The notes beneath the pieces are model-generated. The model made no database searches. It had not been told where the DNA came from and saw nothing but the letters and a program-made list of their open reading frames with translations. The position numbers and the translations under genes were made by a program. Of a stretch of DNA of 64,000 nucleotides, positions 20,393-30,090 are shown piece by piece. Within the stretch, counting starts at the first letter, position 1. Each line of letters begins with the position of its first letter. Source of the DNA: an uncultured Anaerolineae bacterium (GTDB lineage Bacteria > Chloroflexota > Anaerolineae > JAADDB01); contig CAYOAZ010000071.1 of the NCBI GenBank assembly GCA_964402285.1, positions 29,209-93,208 of the forward strand, in the 5' to 3' direction.

Positions 20393-20887
20393 GTGGAAGC
20401 ATTAGCAGCCCTGGGTATCAACTTAAATTTCTTGATCACTCAGATCATTCATTTTCTGTTGCTCCTCTGGTTGTTGCAGAAGTTCGTGTACAAGCCCATC
20501 CTCAACATTATGGCGGAGCGACGCCAGCGCATTGAGGAGGGGCTTAAGGCCGCGGAGTTGGCCCGGGAGGAGGCGGCTCGCCAGCGTGCCGAACTTGAGA
20601 AACAACTGGAAGAGGAGCGACGCCGCGCGCAGGAGCGCATTGCCGAGGCTACCCGCCAAACAGAGCGCCTGCGGGAGCAGATCCTTGCGGAGGCCAAGGC
20701 TGAAGCCGAGCGCATCGTGGCCGAGGCGCGTGAACAGGCTGAGCAGGAGCGCGAGCGTATCCTCCAGGATGCGCGACGCCAGATCGCGGAGTTGAGTCTC
20801 CTGCTGGCGCAGAAGATTGTCGGTGAGAGCCTGGACGAGCAAAAGCAACATCAACTCATTGAAAAGTTCCTGGTGGGTGAACTGTGA
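20393..20887 (+). CDS. atpF: F0F1 ATP synthase subunit b
   Basis: N-terminal TM helix followed by a long charged coiled coil (AELAREEAARQRAELEKQLEEERRRAQERI). Confidence 0.85.
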   Translation: MEALAALGINLNFLITQIIHFLLLLWLLQKFVYKPILNIMAERRQRIEEGLKAAELAREEAARQRAELEKQLEEERRRAQERIAEATRQTERLREQILAEAKAEAERIVAEAREQAEQERERILQDARRQIAELSLLLAQKIVGESLDEQKQHQLIEKFLVGEL

Positions 20888-21417
20888 ACCGGCGAGAAAA
20901 GGAAATTCAGGCATACGCGACGGCATTGTTCGAGGCCGTAATTGAGGAGGCGATCCAGGCCTTGCAAGCCGTCCAGCAGCGTGTTGCCGAAGATGAGGCC
21001 TTAAGGACGCTCCTCGACGATCCGGCCAAGGATGTCCAGGAGAAGTTCGAGGCCCTTAAGCGGGTCGTGCCCCCGGGAACCGGAGAGGCGGTCGTCAAGT
21101 TCCTGGGTCTCCTGGTCTCCAAGCAGGACCTGGGATACCTGGATGAGATCGTGGGGGCCGTTCGGGATCAGGTGCTGGCTCGCGGGGAGGCTCCCATGGA
21201 GGCCGTGGTGGTGTCCGCGGTGGAACTCACGGGTGAGGAAAAGGCCAAGTTGGAGGCGAAACTCAAGGATCGGTTCGGCCCCAACCTCGTTTTTACCTAC
21301 CGAGTTAACCCGGACATCCTGGGCGGCATGATCATTCGGGTCGGGGATACGCTGTTGGATTATAGCCTGCGCAGTCGCCTGGAAGAATTACGTGGACGTA
21401 TCGAGACCATCGTGTAA
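20884..21417 (+). CDS. atpH: F0F1 ATP synthase subunit delta (OSCP)
   Basis: 177 aa, with the OSCP-like C-terminal motif (VNPDILGGMIIRVGDTLLDYSLRSRL). Its start overlaps the atpF stop. Confidence 0.85.
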   Translation: MNRREKEIQAYATALFEAVIEEAIQALQAVQQRVAEDEALRTLLDDPAKDVQEKFEALKRVVPPGTGEAVVKFLGLLVSKQDLGYLDEIVGAVRDQVLARGEAPMEAVVVSAVELTGEEKAKLEAKLKDRFGPNLVFTYRVNPDILGGMIIRVGDTLLDYSLRSRLEELRGRIETIV

Positions 21418-21549
21418 GTTTTGCGTTTGACGTCATGCGCTGAGCGCCTTGGAGGCGAGGGACGCAAGGTGGCATCCTTTGCGCATGACCGATAGCGCGT
21501 CACGCATCATGTCTTGTAGCGAGGGATTACACAGAGCGGAGGACATTCG

Positions 21550-23193
21550 ATGGCAATTCGTGTGGAACAAATTGCCGAGGAGTTGAAACGGCAGATTTTG
21601 GAATTCGAGCCCACCGTGCGCACAGTGGATGTGGGTACGGTGACTTACGTGGGTGATGGTATCGCCCGTGTGTCAGGGCTCACCAACGCGATGGCAAGTG
21701 AGTTGGTTGAGTTTGAGGATGGCACCCTGGGTATTGTTTTTAACCTGGAAGAGGACAGCGTGGGTGTCATCATCATGGGTGAGTACACCGGCATTGAAGA
21801 AGGGCAGATTGTGCGGGCCACAGGACGCATCGCGTCGGTGCCCGTTGGCGATGCCCTGATCGGCCGCGTGGTCAACGCGGTGGGTCAGCCCATTGACGGC
21901 AAAGGCCCTATTGAGACCGATAAGTACCGCCCGGTGGAGCGAATTGCTCCGGGTGTGGTCTACCGTGAGCCGGTGAACACCCCTGTGCAGACGGGCATTA
22001 TCGCCATCGACTCCATGATTCCCATTGGTCGCGGCCAGCGAGAGTTGATCATCGGCGACCGCCAAACGGGAAAGACGGCCATCGCCATTGACACCATCAT
22101 CAATCAAAAGGGCAAGGATCTCATCTGCATCTACGTCGCCATTGGCCAGAAGCGCGCTCAGGTCGCGCAGGTGGTGGCCACCTTGGAGAAGTACGGAGCC
22201 ATGGATTACACCGTGGTGGTGGCTGCGACCGCGTCCGAACCCGCCGCGCTGCAGTACCTCGCTCCGTACGCGGGCTGTGCCATTGGTGAGGAGTTCATGG
22301 AGCAGGGCAAGGACGCGCTTGTGGTGTACGATGACTTGAGCAAGCACGCCTGGGCATACCGTCAGGTCTCCTTGCTGCTGCGCCGTCCGCCAGGACGTGA
22401 GGCATACCCTGGTGACGTGTTCTACCTGCACTCCCGCCTGTTGGAGCGCGCGGCCAAGTTGGCCACCGAGTACGTCATTGTCAAGAAGGGTGACGATCCC
22501 AAACGGCCGGGTGTGAACGGGAAGATTTACCGCGGGAAGTTGGGTCTCGAGGAAGCCGAAGAGGATTTGAAAGAGATGGGCGATGAGTACACCATCGTTC
22601 GCCTGCCCGACTCCGGCGGTTCCTTGACCGCGTTGCCCATCATTGAAACCCAGTTGGGCGACGTGTCCGCGTACATTCCCACCAACGTGATCTCCATCAC
22701 CGATGGGCAGATTTACCTGGAGCCCGAACTCTTCTACGCGGGTTTCCGCCCCGCGTTGAACGTGGGTATCTCCGTGTCCCGTGTAGGTGGTGCAGCCCAG
22801 CGTCCGGTGATGAAGCAGGTCGCGGGGCGATTGCGCCTGGAACTGGCCCAGTACCGAGAGTTGGCCGCTTTCGCCCAGTTCGGATCCGACCTGGATCCCG
22901 CGACTCAGCGCCAGTTGGACCGGGGCCGGCGGGCCATGGAGGTGTTGAAGCAGCCTCAGTACTCGCCGTTGCCCCTGGAGCACCAGGTGATGCTCATCTT
23001 CGCGGTGACCAATGGCTACCTGGATGGCATTCCGGTGGATCGCATCCAGGAGTGGAAGGACGCGTTCCTGCGGTGGGTGGATGCCACGTATCCGGACCTG
23101 GTCCGCACCATCGCGACAGGGGAGAAGATGAAGCCGGAGACCATCGAGGCGCTGAAATCCGCTTTGGAAGAGTTCAACCGCACGTTTGAATAA
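21550..23193 (+). CDS. atpA: F0F1 ATP synthase subunit alpha
   Basis: Walker A GDRQTGKT, plus DDLSKHA and [12 protein letters not shown] motifs. It is 547 aa, with an approx 35-aa insertion relative to canonical alpha. Confidence 0.95.
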   Translation: MAIRVEQIAEELKRQILEFEPTVRTVDVGTVTYVGDGIARVSGLTNAMASELVEFEDGTLGIVFNLEEDSVGVIIMGEYTGIEEGQIVRATGRIASVPVGDALIGRVVNAVGQPIDGKGPIETDKYRPVERIAPGVVYREPVNTPVQTGIIAIDSMIPIGRGQRELIIGDRQTGKTAIAIDTIINQKGKDLICIYVAIGQKRAQVAQVVATLEKYGAMDYTVVVAATASEPAALQYLAPYAGCAIGEEFMEQGKDALVVYDDLSKHAWAYRQVSLLLRRPPGREAYPGDVFYLHSRLLERAAKLATEYVIVKKGDDPKRPGVNGKIYRGKLGLEEAEEDLKEMGDEYTIVRLPDSGGSLTALPIIETQLGDVSAYIPTNVISITDGQIYLEPELFYAGFRPALNVGISVSRVGGAAQRPVMKQVAGRLRLELAQYRELAAFAQFGSDLDPATQRQLDRGRRAMEVLKQPQYSPLPLEHQVMLIFAVTNGYLDGIPVDRIQEWKDAFLRWVDATYPDLVRTIATGEKMKPETIEALKSALEEFNRTFE

Positions 23194-23208
23194 GAGAAGG
23201 TTGGGACC

Positions 23209-24090
23209 GTGGCTACAGATAGGGAAATTAAGCGACGCATTCGGAGCGTCAAAAACATATCGCAAGTGACCAAGGCGATGGAGGCTGTTTCGGCCTCCAA
23301 GATGCGGCGTGCCCAGCAGCAGGTGCTGTCAACTCGTCCTTACGCGCAGAAGGCCCAGGAAGTGTTGAACTTCCTGGCCTACATGCCGCACAGTGGGTTG
23401 CCCATGTTCCACCCGCTGCTGGAGGCCCGTCCCGTGGAGAAGGTGCTCATGGTCCTAATCACGGCGGACCGGGGCTTGGCGGGCGGGTTCAACAGCCACA
23501 TGATCAACACGGCCCTGAAGTTCGCGGAGCAACTGGGCAAACCCACCTCCTGGGTGACGGTGGGCCGTAAGGGACGGGATTACATGGCCCGCTACGGGTA
23601 CAACATCATCGCCGAATTCACCAAATTGGGTGACCGTCCAACATCCTTGGATGTGGCCCCCATCTCCCGAGTTGTCACCGATGAGTTCGTGGCTCAGCGG
23701 GTAGACGCGGTGTACCTGTGTTATACCGACTTTGTCAACGTCTTGCGTCAGGTACCCACCATCAAGCAACTCCTGCCCATTGAGCCCATTAAGCCGGAAA
23801 TGAAGTGGTCGCCGGACTACATTTTCGAGCCCGATCCGGAGACCATTTTAGACTTGGTGCTGTACCGCTTTGTCGAACTGCAGATCCTGCAGGCATTGTA
23901 TGAATCCATTGCCAGTGAGCACGCGGCGCGCATGGTCGCTATGCGGAACGCTACGGACGCGGCCCTGGAGTTGATCGACGTGCTCACGCTAAGTTACAAC
24001 AAGGCTCGTCAGGAGCGCATTACGCGCGAGATCCTGGACATTGCTGGTGGCGCAGAGGCGTTGCGTCGCGCGCGCGAAATGGAATCGTAA
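23209..24090 (+). CDS. atpG: F0F1 ATP synthase subunit gamma
   Basis: Conserved N-terminal (IKRRIRSVKNISQVTKAMEAVSASKMRRAQ) and C-terminal helices. Confidence 0.9.
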   Translation: MATDREIKRRIRSVKNISQVTKAMEAVSASKMRRAQQQVLSTRPYAQKAQEVLNFLAYMPHSGLPMFHPLLEARPVEKVLMVLITADRGLAGGFNSHMINTALKFAEQLGKPTSWVTVGRKGRDYMARYGYNIIAEFTKLGDRPTSLDVAPISRVVTDEFVAQRVDAVYLCYTDFVNVLRQVPTIKQLLPIEPIKPEMKWSPDYIFEPDPETILDLVLYRFVELQILQALYESIASEHAARMVAMRNATDAALELIDVLTLSYNKARQERITREILDIAGGAEALRRAREMES

Positions 24091-24111
24091 AAACACAAGT
24101 TCCAGGTTTGG

Positions 24112-24172
24112 GGTTGCAAGTTTCAGTCCGCGGCTTCAACCTGCGACTTGCAACCTGTAACTTGCAACCTGA
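24112..24172. repeat. Short direct and inverted repeat cluster (cttgcaacctg x2, cttcaacctg, inverted ggttgcaag) in the atpG-atpD intergenic region
   Basis: Seen directly: GGTTGCAAG at 24112-24120, then CTTCAACCTG, CTTGCAACCTG, CTTGCAACCTG within 60 nt, just upstream of the atpD RBS (GGGAGG). Confidence 0.5.
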
Positions 24173-24180
24173 TCAGGTAG

Positions 24181-25599
<1,419 letters not shown>

Positions 25600-25611
25600 A
25601 GGGTAGGTCAC

Positions 25612-26076
25612 ATGGAAACAGTACGTTTAGAAATCGTCACACCTGAACGTCTGGCTTTTTCTGAGGATGTGCGTTCGGTGACGTTGCCGGGCGTCAGTGG
25701 TGAGATGACCATATTGCCCCGCCACGCGCCGTTGATGACCATCTTGCAGCCTGGAGAGTTGGTCATTCGGCCCGCGCATGGCGAAGAGATCTCCTACGCG
25801 GTCGGCGGCGGCATTGCCGAAGTCCGTCCGGACAAGGTGGTCGTGTTGGCGGATGCGGCTGAGCGGGAGGACGAGATTGATATTGCTCGGGCCGAAGCAG
25901 CACGTCAGCGTGCAGAGCGCTTGTTGAAAGAAGGCGTCCCACCCGAACGCCGTCGCGAGTTGGAACTCAGCCTCCGCAAAGCGTACGTGCGTTTACGCGT
26001 TGCCAGACGACGACGCCGTCGTCCAGGTATTCAGCCTTCCACCACCGCGGAGCGTGAAGGAAGCGAAACCGAGTAG
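25612..26076 (+). CDS. atpC: F0F1 ATP synthase subunit epsilon
   Basis: N-terminal beta-sandwich (LEIVTPERLAFSEDVRSVTLPGVSGEMTILPRHAPL) and a C-terminal helical region with an Arg-rich tail. Confidence 0.9.
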   Translation: METVRLEIVTPERLAFSEDVRSVTLPGVSGEMTILPRHAPLMTILQPGELVIRPAHGEEISYAVGGGIAEVRPDKVVVLADAAEREDEIDIARAEAARQRAERLLKEGVPPERRRELELSLRKAYVRLRVARRRRRRPGIQPSTTAEREGSETE

Positions 26077-26103
26077 GTTGGTGAGTCCTTGGTTGACCGT
26101 GTA

Positions 26104-26137
26104 CCCCTCGCAGGTTACCTCCTGCGAGGGGTTTTTT
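26104..26137 (+). terminator. Rho-independent terminator of the atp operon
   Basis: CCCCTCGCAGG-ttacct-CCTGCGAGGGG hairpin followed by TTTTTT, 28 nt after the atpC stop. Confidence 0.8.
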
Positions 26138-26164
26138 GTGGAACCCCTCCTCTTTCCGTATATT
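26136..26164 (+). promoter_or_regulatory. Promoter candidate upstream of mreB (TTGTGG, 17-nt spacer, TATATT)
   Basis: Hexamers read directly from sequence; located in an AT-richer stretch about 110 nt upstream of the mreB ATG. Confidence 0.3.
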
Positions 26165-26275
26165 AAAGTGAATGTCTTGAGAGCGAACGTAAGTAACGTA
26201 TCGACGCCTTCTGTCCGGTGATCGCACAACTTGGAAGTAACTCTCAACGGAATTTTGTCAGCGGAGAAGAACACC

Positions 26276-27280
26276 ATGTTTGAACGGTATATTGGCATTG
26301 ATTTAGGCACAGTGAACGTTCTTGTGTACATGAAAGGCAAGGGCATCGTCCTGCAGGAGCCATCGGTTGTGGCCATTTCCCGTCGGGACAGCAAAATCGT
26401 TGCCATTGGCACAGAGGCCCGAGAAATGGTGGGCCGCAATCCCGAGAGTATCGAGGTCGCCCACCCGTTGAAGGATGGTGTCATTGCGGATTACGAAGTG
26501 ACGGAGAAGATGCTGGCGTACTTTATCCGCAAGTTGTTGGGGCGTTTCCGGTTGGTGAAGCCGGTGTTGATGGTCAGCATTCCCCGAGGGGTGACCAGTG
26601 TGGAAGCCCGCGCGGTCCATGATGCCGCGATGCAAGCGGGCGCGAAGGAAGCGTATCTTATTCCCGAACCTTTGGCCGCGGCCCTGGGCGCGGGGTTGCC
26701 CATTGAAACGCCTACAGGCAACATGGTGGTGGACCTGGGGGGTGGAACAACGGAATCCGCGGTCATCTCCGTGGGGGACATTGTTTCCTGGAGTTCTGTG
26801 CGCGTGGGAGGCGTTCACCTGGACGAGGCCATTATGGCCTATGTGCGCCGCAAGTATAACCTGATTATCGGCGCCCAGACCGCGGAGGAGATAAAGATCG
26901 AAATCGGCAGTGCTATGCCGCTGGATGAGGAATTACAAATGGAGGTGAAGGGGCGCGATCAGGTCTCGGGCCTTCCCAAGACCATTACCATTACCTCAGG
27001 GGAGGTGATGGAGGCCCTGGAGGAACCCCTGGAAATCATTGTGAATTCGGTACGCCAGACCCTGGAAAAGACGCCGCCGGAACTGGCCGCGGATATCATT
27101 GACCGGGGAATGGTGCTCACCGGAGGAACTGCGATGCTGCGTCAATTGGACCGTCTCCTGGTGAAGAAGACAGGGGTTCCCGCGTTTGTGGCGGAGAATC
27201 CCATCGCGTGTGTGGCCATTGGTGCCGGCCGTGCGCTGGACAATCTCGACCTGCTGCGCCGCAGCCTGCCTAAATTCTGA
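26276..27280 (+). CDS. mreB: Rod-shape-determining actin homologue MreB
   Basis: Actin-fold phosphate-binding motifs [10 protein letters not shown] and [10 protein letters not shown]. Start taken at MFERYIG preceded by GGAGAAG; the ORF-track N-terminal extension was discarded. Confidence 0.9.
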   Translation: MFERYIGIDLGTVNVLVYMKGKGIVLQEPSVVAISRRDSKIVAIGTEAREMVGRNPESIEVAHPLKDGVIADYEVTEKMLAYFIRKLLGRFRLVKPVLMVSIPRGVTSVEARAVHDAAMQAGAKEAYLIPEPLAAALGAGLPIETPTGNMVVDLGGGTTESAVISVGDIVSWSSVRVGGVHLDEAIMAYVRRKYNLIIGAQTAEEIKIEIGSAMPLDEELQMEVKGRDQVSGLPKTITITSGEVMEALEEPLEIIVNSVRQTLEKTPPELAADIIDRGMVLTGGTAMLRQLDRLLVKKTGVPAFVAENPIACVAIGAGRALDNLDLLRRSLPKF

Positions 27281-27283
27281 GCC

Positions 27284-28030
27284 ATGAAACAGGTTCCTGC
27301 TTCTGTTTACTGGGCCGGGTGGCGAGAGGTCCTCGATTACATTCTGGAAGGGTTTGAAGTCCAGGAGAACGTGTCTCCGCCCTGGTTGGTCAATCCTCAC
27401 ACGGGACGACGTTTGAAGTTTGACCTGTTCTATCCCCGCATCCAACTGGCTATTCGATTCCGCGGGGTGGCGCCTACCGCGCGTCGACGCCGCGTGTCCG
27501 ACCAGGAGGTGGAAGCGGACGCGTTGCGGGATGAGGTGCGCCGGGCGCTGGCTCGGGAGCACGACATCGCGTTCGTCGCGTTACGGGTTATCTCCGAGGA
27601 TCCCCGACAGGAGTTGGACCGTCTTCACACCGCGTTAAGTACGGTAACACGGCGCGTTGTGCACTCTTCCCTGCCTCAGGATCAGAAGATCGCCCTGGTT
27701 GATGCGGTGCGCGCGGCCCGTAAGCGGCTGTTAGAAGTCCGTGAGCGGTTGCGGCGCCCGGAGGATTTGGTGGTGTACGCGGACCGCCGCCGGGATCGGG
27801 AAACCGTGGCTTTGCGGGAAGCCCGTCGGGAGGCAACGTCGCGGCCGGTGACCGTCCAACGGGTGTACCAGGTAGGCATGCGGGTGCGCCATATCCGCTA
27901 CGGGGAGGGGATGGTGGTGGCTGTGGCGGCCACGGAGGATGGGGACTATGAGGTGACTGTGGATTTCCCTACAGCAGGAGAACGGAAGTTCCTGGCGAGT
28001 TTGGTGGGTGACAAGTTGGAAGTGATATAA
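27284..28030 (+). CDS. Hypothetical protein with a C-terminal PcrA/UvrD-type Tudor-like domain and a degenerate DUF559/Vsr-like N-terminal region
   Basis: C-terminal approx 55 aa (YQVGMRVRHIRYGEGMVVAV...DYEVTVDFPTAGERKFLASL) matches the G-x-RV-x-H-x-x-G-x-G-x-V pattern of helicase C-terminal Tudor domains. N-terminal RLKFDLFYP...LAIRFRG is reminiscent of the DUF559 core. It starts 4 nt after the mreB stop. Confidence 0.5.
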   Translation: MKQVPASVYWAGWREVLDYILEGFEVQENVSPPWLVNPHTGRRLKFDLFYPRIQLAIRFRGVAPTARRRRVSDQEVEADALRDEVRRALAREHDIAFVALRVISEDPRQELDRLHTALSTVTRRVVHSSLPQDQKIALVDAVRAARKRLLEVRERLRRPEDLVVYADRRRDRETVALREARREATSRPVTVQRVYQVGMRVRHIRYGEGMVVAVAATEDGDYEVTVDFPTAGERKFLASLVGDKLEVI

Positions 28031-28062
28031 AGAAAGCCGCCCAAGGGGCGGCCTGGGGGAAT

Positions 28063-28434
28063 TTAGCGTCGATGGCGTTGACTCAATTCGCGGGCGCACG
28101 CGGCGCAGAGGGTAGTTTCGGGGAACAACTCCAGGCGTTCCGGTTCAATGGGCTTGCCGCAGTTCTCGCATATTCCGTACTGCCCCTTTTCCAGGCGTTC
28201 GATAGCCTCCTTGATGGACGCGATCTTTTCCTTGAGTTGATCGCGTCGCGCGAGGTTCATTTCCCACTCGTATAGACGTGGACTGCCTACCCCTAAACCG
28301 AATTCAGGCTTATCCTCCAACTCGCGCAGTACATCCGCAAGTTCCTCTTCGGCCTCTTGCAGTTCTTTACGTAATCGTTCCAGTTCGCGTTGTCGTTCTT
28401 GCTCCTGTTCTTTGAGGGCTGCATGTGTCATTGT
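28063..28434 (-). CDS. DksA/TraR-family C4-type zinc-finger protein
   Basis: N-terminal coiled coil plus a C-terminal CENCGKPI...CAAC four-Cys zinc finger. Start taken at MTHAALK with a GGAGAGGAGG RBS; the Gly/Arg-rich ORF-track extension was discarded. Confidence 0.75.
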   Translation of the reverse strand, partial: TMTHAALKEQEQERQRELERLRKELQEAEEELADVLRELEDKPEFGLGVGSPRLYEWEMNLARRDQLKEKIASIKEAIERLEKGQYGICENCGKPIEPERLELFPETTLCAACARELSQRHRR

Positions 28435-29675
28435 TGTGCCTCCTCTCCTTGTTCCTCGCCACCTATCCCCCCGTTCACTGCGTTCTCGGGAGAAGAGGGT
28501 GTAAGTGACTCGTTCTCCTCCGTTGTTTCCTCTGCCACATCCCACTGAGGTACTTGCCGCATGCTCAGGGAAATACGCTGGCGTTGCGTGTCAATGCCAA
28601 TGATACGAACTCGGATTTCGTCTCCGATCTCGAACGCGTCTTGAGGCCGTTGGCCTGAAGCCAATGGCAATTCCGATACGTGAATAAGACCCTCCAGGCC
28701 TTCCTCTATCCGAGCGAACACACCAAAATCGGTTACGTTGATCACTACGGCATCGACAATATCCCCTTCCTTGTACTTCTCCACCCGTTCTAGCCACGGG
28801 TTGGGCTGCATACGTTTTAGACTCAGACCAATGCGTCGCGCCTTGCGGTCGACTTTGACCACCACTGTCTCAACTTCCTGTCCAATTTGGAGCACCTCCT
28901 GGGGGTTCACCGTCCTGTCCCAGGAAATTTCGGACCGGTGAATAAGCCCGTCCACGCCGTCCAAATCCACGAAAACACCAAAACTGGCGAAACTGCGCAC
29001 CCGTCCCTTAATAATGTCCCCTTCCTTCAGGGTGGCCAGCAATTCATCCCGACGTTGCTCACGCAGTTGATGTTGTGCTTCCCGTTCGGAAAGGATGAGA
29101 CGCCGACGAGACCGATCCACCTCAATGACGCAGACGGGAATTTTCTTCCCCACCAGGGCCGCCATCCGTTGTGACCTTTCCTCGGCAGAGATGTTGCGTG
29201 GGATGTCGGCCATTTGGGATAGGGGAACAAAGCCCCGGATTTGTCCAAAGCGAACAATAAGTCCGCCTCGGTTGTACGCTATCACTTCCGTTTCAATAAT
29301 GGCCTTTTGTTCCATTAACTCTGCGGCCCGGATCCAGTCCCTGGCCTGCAGCGCTTTAGATAGACTCACCTCAATGTCACCCGTGTCCTCGTACACTCGG
29401 GTGACGATCACATTGACTTCCTGGCCTTCGTACAACTGCTCGCGCACTTCGGGCGGAAGGCGGGCCAGGTCATCGGGGGGGACATAGGCATCTCGCTTGG
29501 CGTTGATGTCCACCAGCACCTCATTCGGACCGATTTGGACAATCGTCCCTTTCAGTAGATCCCCCCGTTCCGGCTGCACTAGAATGAGGTGATCTTCCTG
29601 GAGCCACTCCTCGAACAAGTGGCCGTTCTCTACATCTCCGTCATCCGTCCACTGCGTTCTCTCCTGATCGAACAC
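28428..29675 (-). CDS. rpsA: 30S ribosomal protein S1 (four S1 RNA-binding domains)
   Basis: Repeated S1-domain motifs (GTIVQIGPNEVLVD, GKKIPVCVIEVD, GDIIKGRVRSFASFGVFVD, GDIVDAVVINVTDFGVFA) and an acidic C-terminal tail. Start placed at the in-frame GTG (VFDQERTQ...), downstream of a hairpin plus U-tract that lies inside the ORF-track extension. Confidence 0.7.
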   Translation of the reverse strand: MFDQERTQWTDDGDVENGHLFEEWLQEDHLILVQPERGDLLKGTIVQIGPNEVLVDINAKRDAYVPPDDLARLPPEVREQLYEGQEVNVIVTRVYEDTGDIEVSLSKALQARDWIRAAELMEQKAIIETEVIAYNRGGLIVRFGQIRGFVPLSQMADIPRNISAEERSQRMAALVGKKIPVCVIEVDRSRRRLILSEREAQHQLREQRRDELLATLKEGDIIKGRVRSFASFGVFVDLDGVDGLIHRSEISWDRTVNPQEVLQIGQEVETVVVKVDRKARRIGLSLKRMQPNPWLERVEKYKEGDIVDAVVINVTDFGVFARIEEGLEGLIHVSELPLASGQRPQDAFEIGDEIRVRIIGIDTQRQRISLSMRQVPQWDVAEETTEENESLTPSSPENAVNGGIGGEEQGEEAQQ

Positions 29676-29728
29676 TGTGCAACTCCGTTGGGAGTAGTAT
29701 GAATTCCAGGGTGACTCCCCCTTTCCCT

Positions 29729-29766
29729 GGAAATAAAAAACTCGGATGTCCCAGGGAGACATCCGA
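29729..29766 (-). promoter_or_regulatory. Hairpin plus U-tract (terminator/attenuator-like) in the rpsA 5' region
   Basis: Minus-strand reading: CTCGGATGTC-tccctgg-GACATCCGAG followed by TTTTTTATTT, about 60 nt upstream of the proposed rpsA GTG. Positions are approximate, +/-2 nt. Confidence 0.35.
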
Positions 29767-30090
29767 GTAAGGGCCAACGGACCGACTTTCTCCACGAGAA
29801 AGTCGGATCATTTATACAAACTACGTTCTCCCTGGGGGTTTCCAAACGTTTCTTTCCAGAAGGCGCAACCTTATCCTCCCTTTCCTCGCCCGTGTTCAGT
29901 ATAGCATTGAACGAAAGCCATGTCAAGGGATTTTTTGAAACCTCTGGAATTATACGGGACGCGAGGGGAATTCTGCCCCCCGGACAGGGGTGGCGACGCT
30001 TGGTTTTCCCCCTGGTTGATGGTACAATACAGGCGTACACGTATGGGATGCGCGAGACTGTGCACAGATTTAACTCATGGGCGAGGATCT

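Noticed and set aside
21673-23265. 530-aa minus-strand ORF
   Set aside because: It is antisense to atpA and is a shadow ORF.
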